A stretch of DNA of 51,379 nucleotides. Source: Dicyema japonicum (Eukaryota > Animalia > Dicyemida). The notes under the pieces are model-generated. The model worked only from the letters and a program-made list of their open reading frames with translations. It was not told the origin of the DNA and did not search any database. The DNA lies in contig RDEW01000014.1 in assembly GCA_011109175.1 (NCBI GenBank), forward strand, positions 1,089,661-1,141,039, given 5' to 3'. Made by a program: the position numbers and the translations under genes. Of the stretch, positions 48,818 through 51,379 are shown one piece after another (position 1 is the stretch's first letter; each line of letters opens with the position of its first letter).

Positions 48818-49429
48818 CTAATTAAGAGTGTCTCTCACTAAATTTTGAACTTTCTTTTTAAAAAGGACAATATCATCTCTGAAATCCTGAGCAGCCTGAA
48901 GATTAGCAGGACTCTCCGTGTTAGGTTCTAAACTTAATAATCAACCAAACCTGATAAAAGAGAAACAACAGACAACAATATACTCGATATTGACTGAGCA
49001 GCACACCAACGTTCCTGACTCTTCTCATAAAAGTTAGGATCATCCCCCGGTGGGTGAAGAATGGACACACACACTCTGCCATCCTCATAGACAACAGTAA
49101 AAATCATATATTACTGTTGGGGTGGTATATCGGCGTTATAAAACGTAGCTCAGGAGGTTCAATTGGGTACGCACTTGAAAATTTGAGTTGTGCCTTGAAT
49201 ATTCCGTCCTCATAGCACGTACCTGCTGGTCCTCTACTAAATAGAACAACTAAGATGACATTATGACGACGTTCCACATGAACAGGTTCTCGTCACTTTC
49301 TGGCTCAGCAAATATGTTTGGCACTTGTTCCTGTCGCAGTTCTACATTTATAGGTATATCATTATTTTTAATATAATATCATCAATAGTTACGCTGTAAT
49401 TCTAGAAATAAACGACGTCTAGCATGCAT
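48818..49429 (-). CDS. UBE2G2: Ubiquitin-conjugating enzyme E2, UBE2G/Ubc7 family (missed by the ORF track); 4 introns, one GT-TG
   Basis: RRLFLELQ|[13 protein letters not shown]|[25 protein letters not shown]|[34 protein letters not shown]|EPN.ESPAN. Introns 49342-49392, 49234-49259, 49092-49114, 48928-48950. The acidic loop fits Ubc7/G2 best; Cdc34/G1 not excluded. Confidence 0.85.
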
Positions 49430-49559
49430 CACTAAACAGATCTAGAAAGTACTAATCGACAATATATTATTCAATTTATTATTTTTGGTTAACCACATTA
49501 AATTATTTATTTTTATTAAAATTCATAAAAAAGTTAATTAAGATAGGATCACAATATCA

Positions 49560-50320
49560 TAATTCTAATCTATTCAGACAATCTCAATATTGTCACTAAG
49601 GATCCACCATACCATACTGTATATTGACTATCTGACAATATTTTATCTGTATTGGTACCCAAATCTGAGTTTACCTTCTCTACAAGCTGTTTATTCATTG
49701 GCGATATCCACATCACATCTACGAAATGGCATCACTTTCGACAACTTAATGACGTTTACTCGTCACAGCGCGTAGGTCACGGGGCTTCATAGGTGGTATG
49801 TTTTTAAAAACATATTGCACAGAAGACCTACATCAACAGGTTTTATCTTTAAATCATTGTTTCTGGGCATCGAAAAAGCTTGTTTCGCTTGGAAATTCCT
49901 CCCTTCCTTTAAGAAGTATGTCACCTCATTCCAACGGAAAACATAAGAGGATCAATTAGTACTTTATTTTAATAATTCCAGCAGAAACAATGATCAAGGT
50001 TTCCCGATAGCGATTAGGAAAATATATGTCCTATCGTGGACAGAAGAATAAATTAATTCAGATCACTCTCAAAATCCTTCACATCCTTTTAAAAATAAGA
50101 CACCATCCAAACGAGAAATTTATTTGAGCTAATCATGGACTACTTTATTGATTGCCAGTGAGACTTTCAAAATAATTAACTCTCTTGAACATCTTGGACT
50201 AGGAGTTAGATTATTTGGAATTTTGCCCAAGATACAAGAAGCCTTTCCCTTCAATCCAGTATTCCCAAACTAACCATAGTAGAAATCTTGGCATGGGCAC
50301 TGGGATCACTTTATTTATTT
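49560..50320 (+). mobile_element. Decayed APE-LINE 3' fragment
   Basis: GITFDNLMTFTRH motif; ends with CTGGGATCAC at 50300. Confidence 0.55.
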
Positions 50321-50599
50321 GATTATTTTCTTGTGGTAAAAAATAGAACTCTTAAATATTCGAAATGTCATAAAATAGGCCACTTGAAGAACAGGTTGTT
50401 TCCTCAATAGCTATCGAGAAACGCTCTCCATTCAATAAATCAAAAAACCTAATGCTTCCGAAATTGTAATCGAATTAGGGAGAAACAATTTAATCGCTGA
50501 GGTGCTGGAGAGCTATCCAGGAGTGCTATACTGAATCTACAAATTGTTAAAAATAGAAGGCGATTGAGTACAAGTGTCTAAGATCACAATTGGTTTTAC

Positions 50600-50895
50600 T
50601 TTTCCTTAACTTGATTACCATTGTTTATTGTTGAGTTCTCTATGAGGGAAACAAATATATTTTTTAATATTATTCGACAATTAATGAAGTACTAAACGTT
50701 ACTATTTGAACGATTAAACTTTGATATAAAATCAAATTTAAGCATCGCCAAGTTTTCTATATATAATAAATATATACTCTTTTCGTCCTCTATTTTATTG
50801 CTTAAAATAGTTGTGTTTTCTAATATAACGTTCAATTTTTCAAGACATTCTCTAAAATCAGCATTTAAAGTCGACACATCCACCATATTAAACAT
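50600..50895 (-). CDS. Possible small unknown coiled-coil-like gene
   Basis: ORF 50692..50895 has an intron-like GTATATATTTATTATATATAG (50757-50777) and AT-rich upstream sequence like that of the other genes. No homology recognised. Confidence 0.25.
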
Positions 50896-51169
50896 TAATA
50901 TATTTTTTTAATTAAAATTAAATTCATTGTAATGATATTTAAATTAACTATGATTAGGCTAATGCTGCACGGGTGAGATTATAATAATAATACGCATGTT
51001 GCTTACAATCATAGACTAAACTAATATNAAACATTAATATATTTTTTTAATTAAAATTAAATTCATTGTAATGATATTTAAATTAACTATGATTAGGCTA
51101 ATGCTGCACGGGTGAGATTATAATAATAATACGCATGTTGCTTACAATCATAGACTAAACTAATATATC

Positions 51170-51379
51170 CTTCCTCCTTACGGGGATCTTTACCAGCCAT
51201 CCAAATGACTTCTACGTCCTCCTCAGACTGTGGGTCCGCCGCTTCGCATATGTAATAATTTCCCCGTTCTTCCAGTATCTCAACACGTAAAAGATTTCGC
51301 TAGTTGGTGTCTTGACTTTGACTCCATTTTTGTGCTCAACAATAACACTTTCTAATGTTTTTCATAAAACCACCGATTG
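51170..51379 (-). mobile_element. 3' end of another RLE-LINE copy
   Basis: QSVVL*KTLESVIVEHKNG matches YIQSVVLKRTLESMLIEHKHG in ORF 12..302. Confidence 0.7.

Noticed and set aside
3310-49500. Recurrent TTGGTTAA/TTAACCAA near gene and element starts as a promoter motif
   Set aside because: Orientation and spacing are inconsistent and the motif is expected by chance in AT-rich DNA. It needs a statistical test.
885-51170. Many 100-250 nt near-perfect tandem duplications (around n at 1037, 3771, 5000, 16092, 32247, 35613, 48532, 51028; also ~12280-12480, 13760-14020, 14750-14960, 15290-15540, 23575-23760, 33120-33370, 33480-33660)
   Set aside because: Most straddle a single n and differ by a few SNPs or indels, as expected for unmerged overlapping contigs or haplotypes. 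Treated as assembly artefacts, not repeat biology.
1-51379. CRISPR arrays, prokaryotic operons, or intact autonomous transposons
   Set aside because: No regularly spaced repeats; the sequence is eukaryotic; every TE ORF is truncated or disrupted.

Overview
AT-rich eukaryotic nuclear DNA from a fragmented draft assembly (single-n joins flanked by near-identical duplications). Seven recognisable host genes, all on the minus strand, sit in a sea of decayed transposons: M1 aminopeptidase (NPEPPS-like), SRRT/ARS2, ENY2, EBP-like sterol isomerase, PDE1-like phosphodiesterase, EB1/MAPRE and a UBE2G/Ubc7-family E2. The transposons are APE-type LINEs (two with N-terminal 2A-like peptides), RTE-like, CRE-like and R4/NeSL-like RLE LINEs, a tRNA-derived SINE, hAT, MULE, pogo/Tigger and integrase-only elements, plus a degenerate 28S rRNA fragment. 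Hand reconstruction of the genes gives about 42 introns, nearly all 20-26 nt (one 51 nt). The most striking signal is a splicing system that appears to choose the 3' splice site by distance. Earlier AGs are skipped for GAG at nt 22, and two conserved genes seem to need 23-nt GT-TG introns. PDE1 also carries a 24-nt GG..AG in-frame insertion and an in-frame TAG at a position that is Gln in animal PDE1. The PDE1-type protein points to a reduced animal (dicyemid- or myxozoan-like parasite); this is inference, not an identification. All protein comparisons are from recalled family sequences, not database searches, and TE boundaries are approximate unless a TSD or TIR is given.
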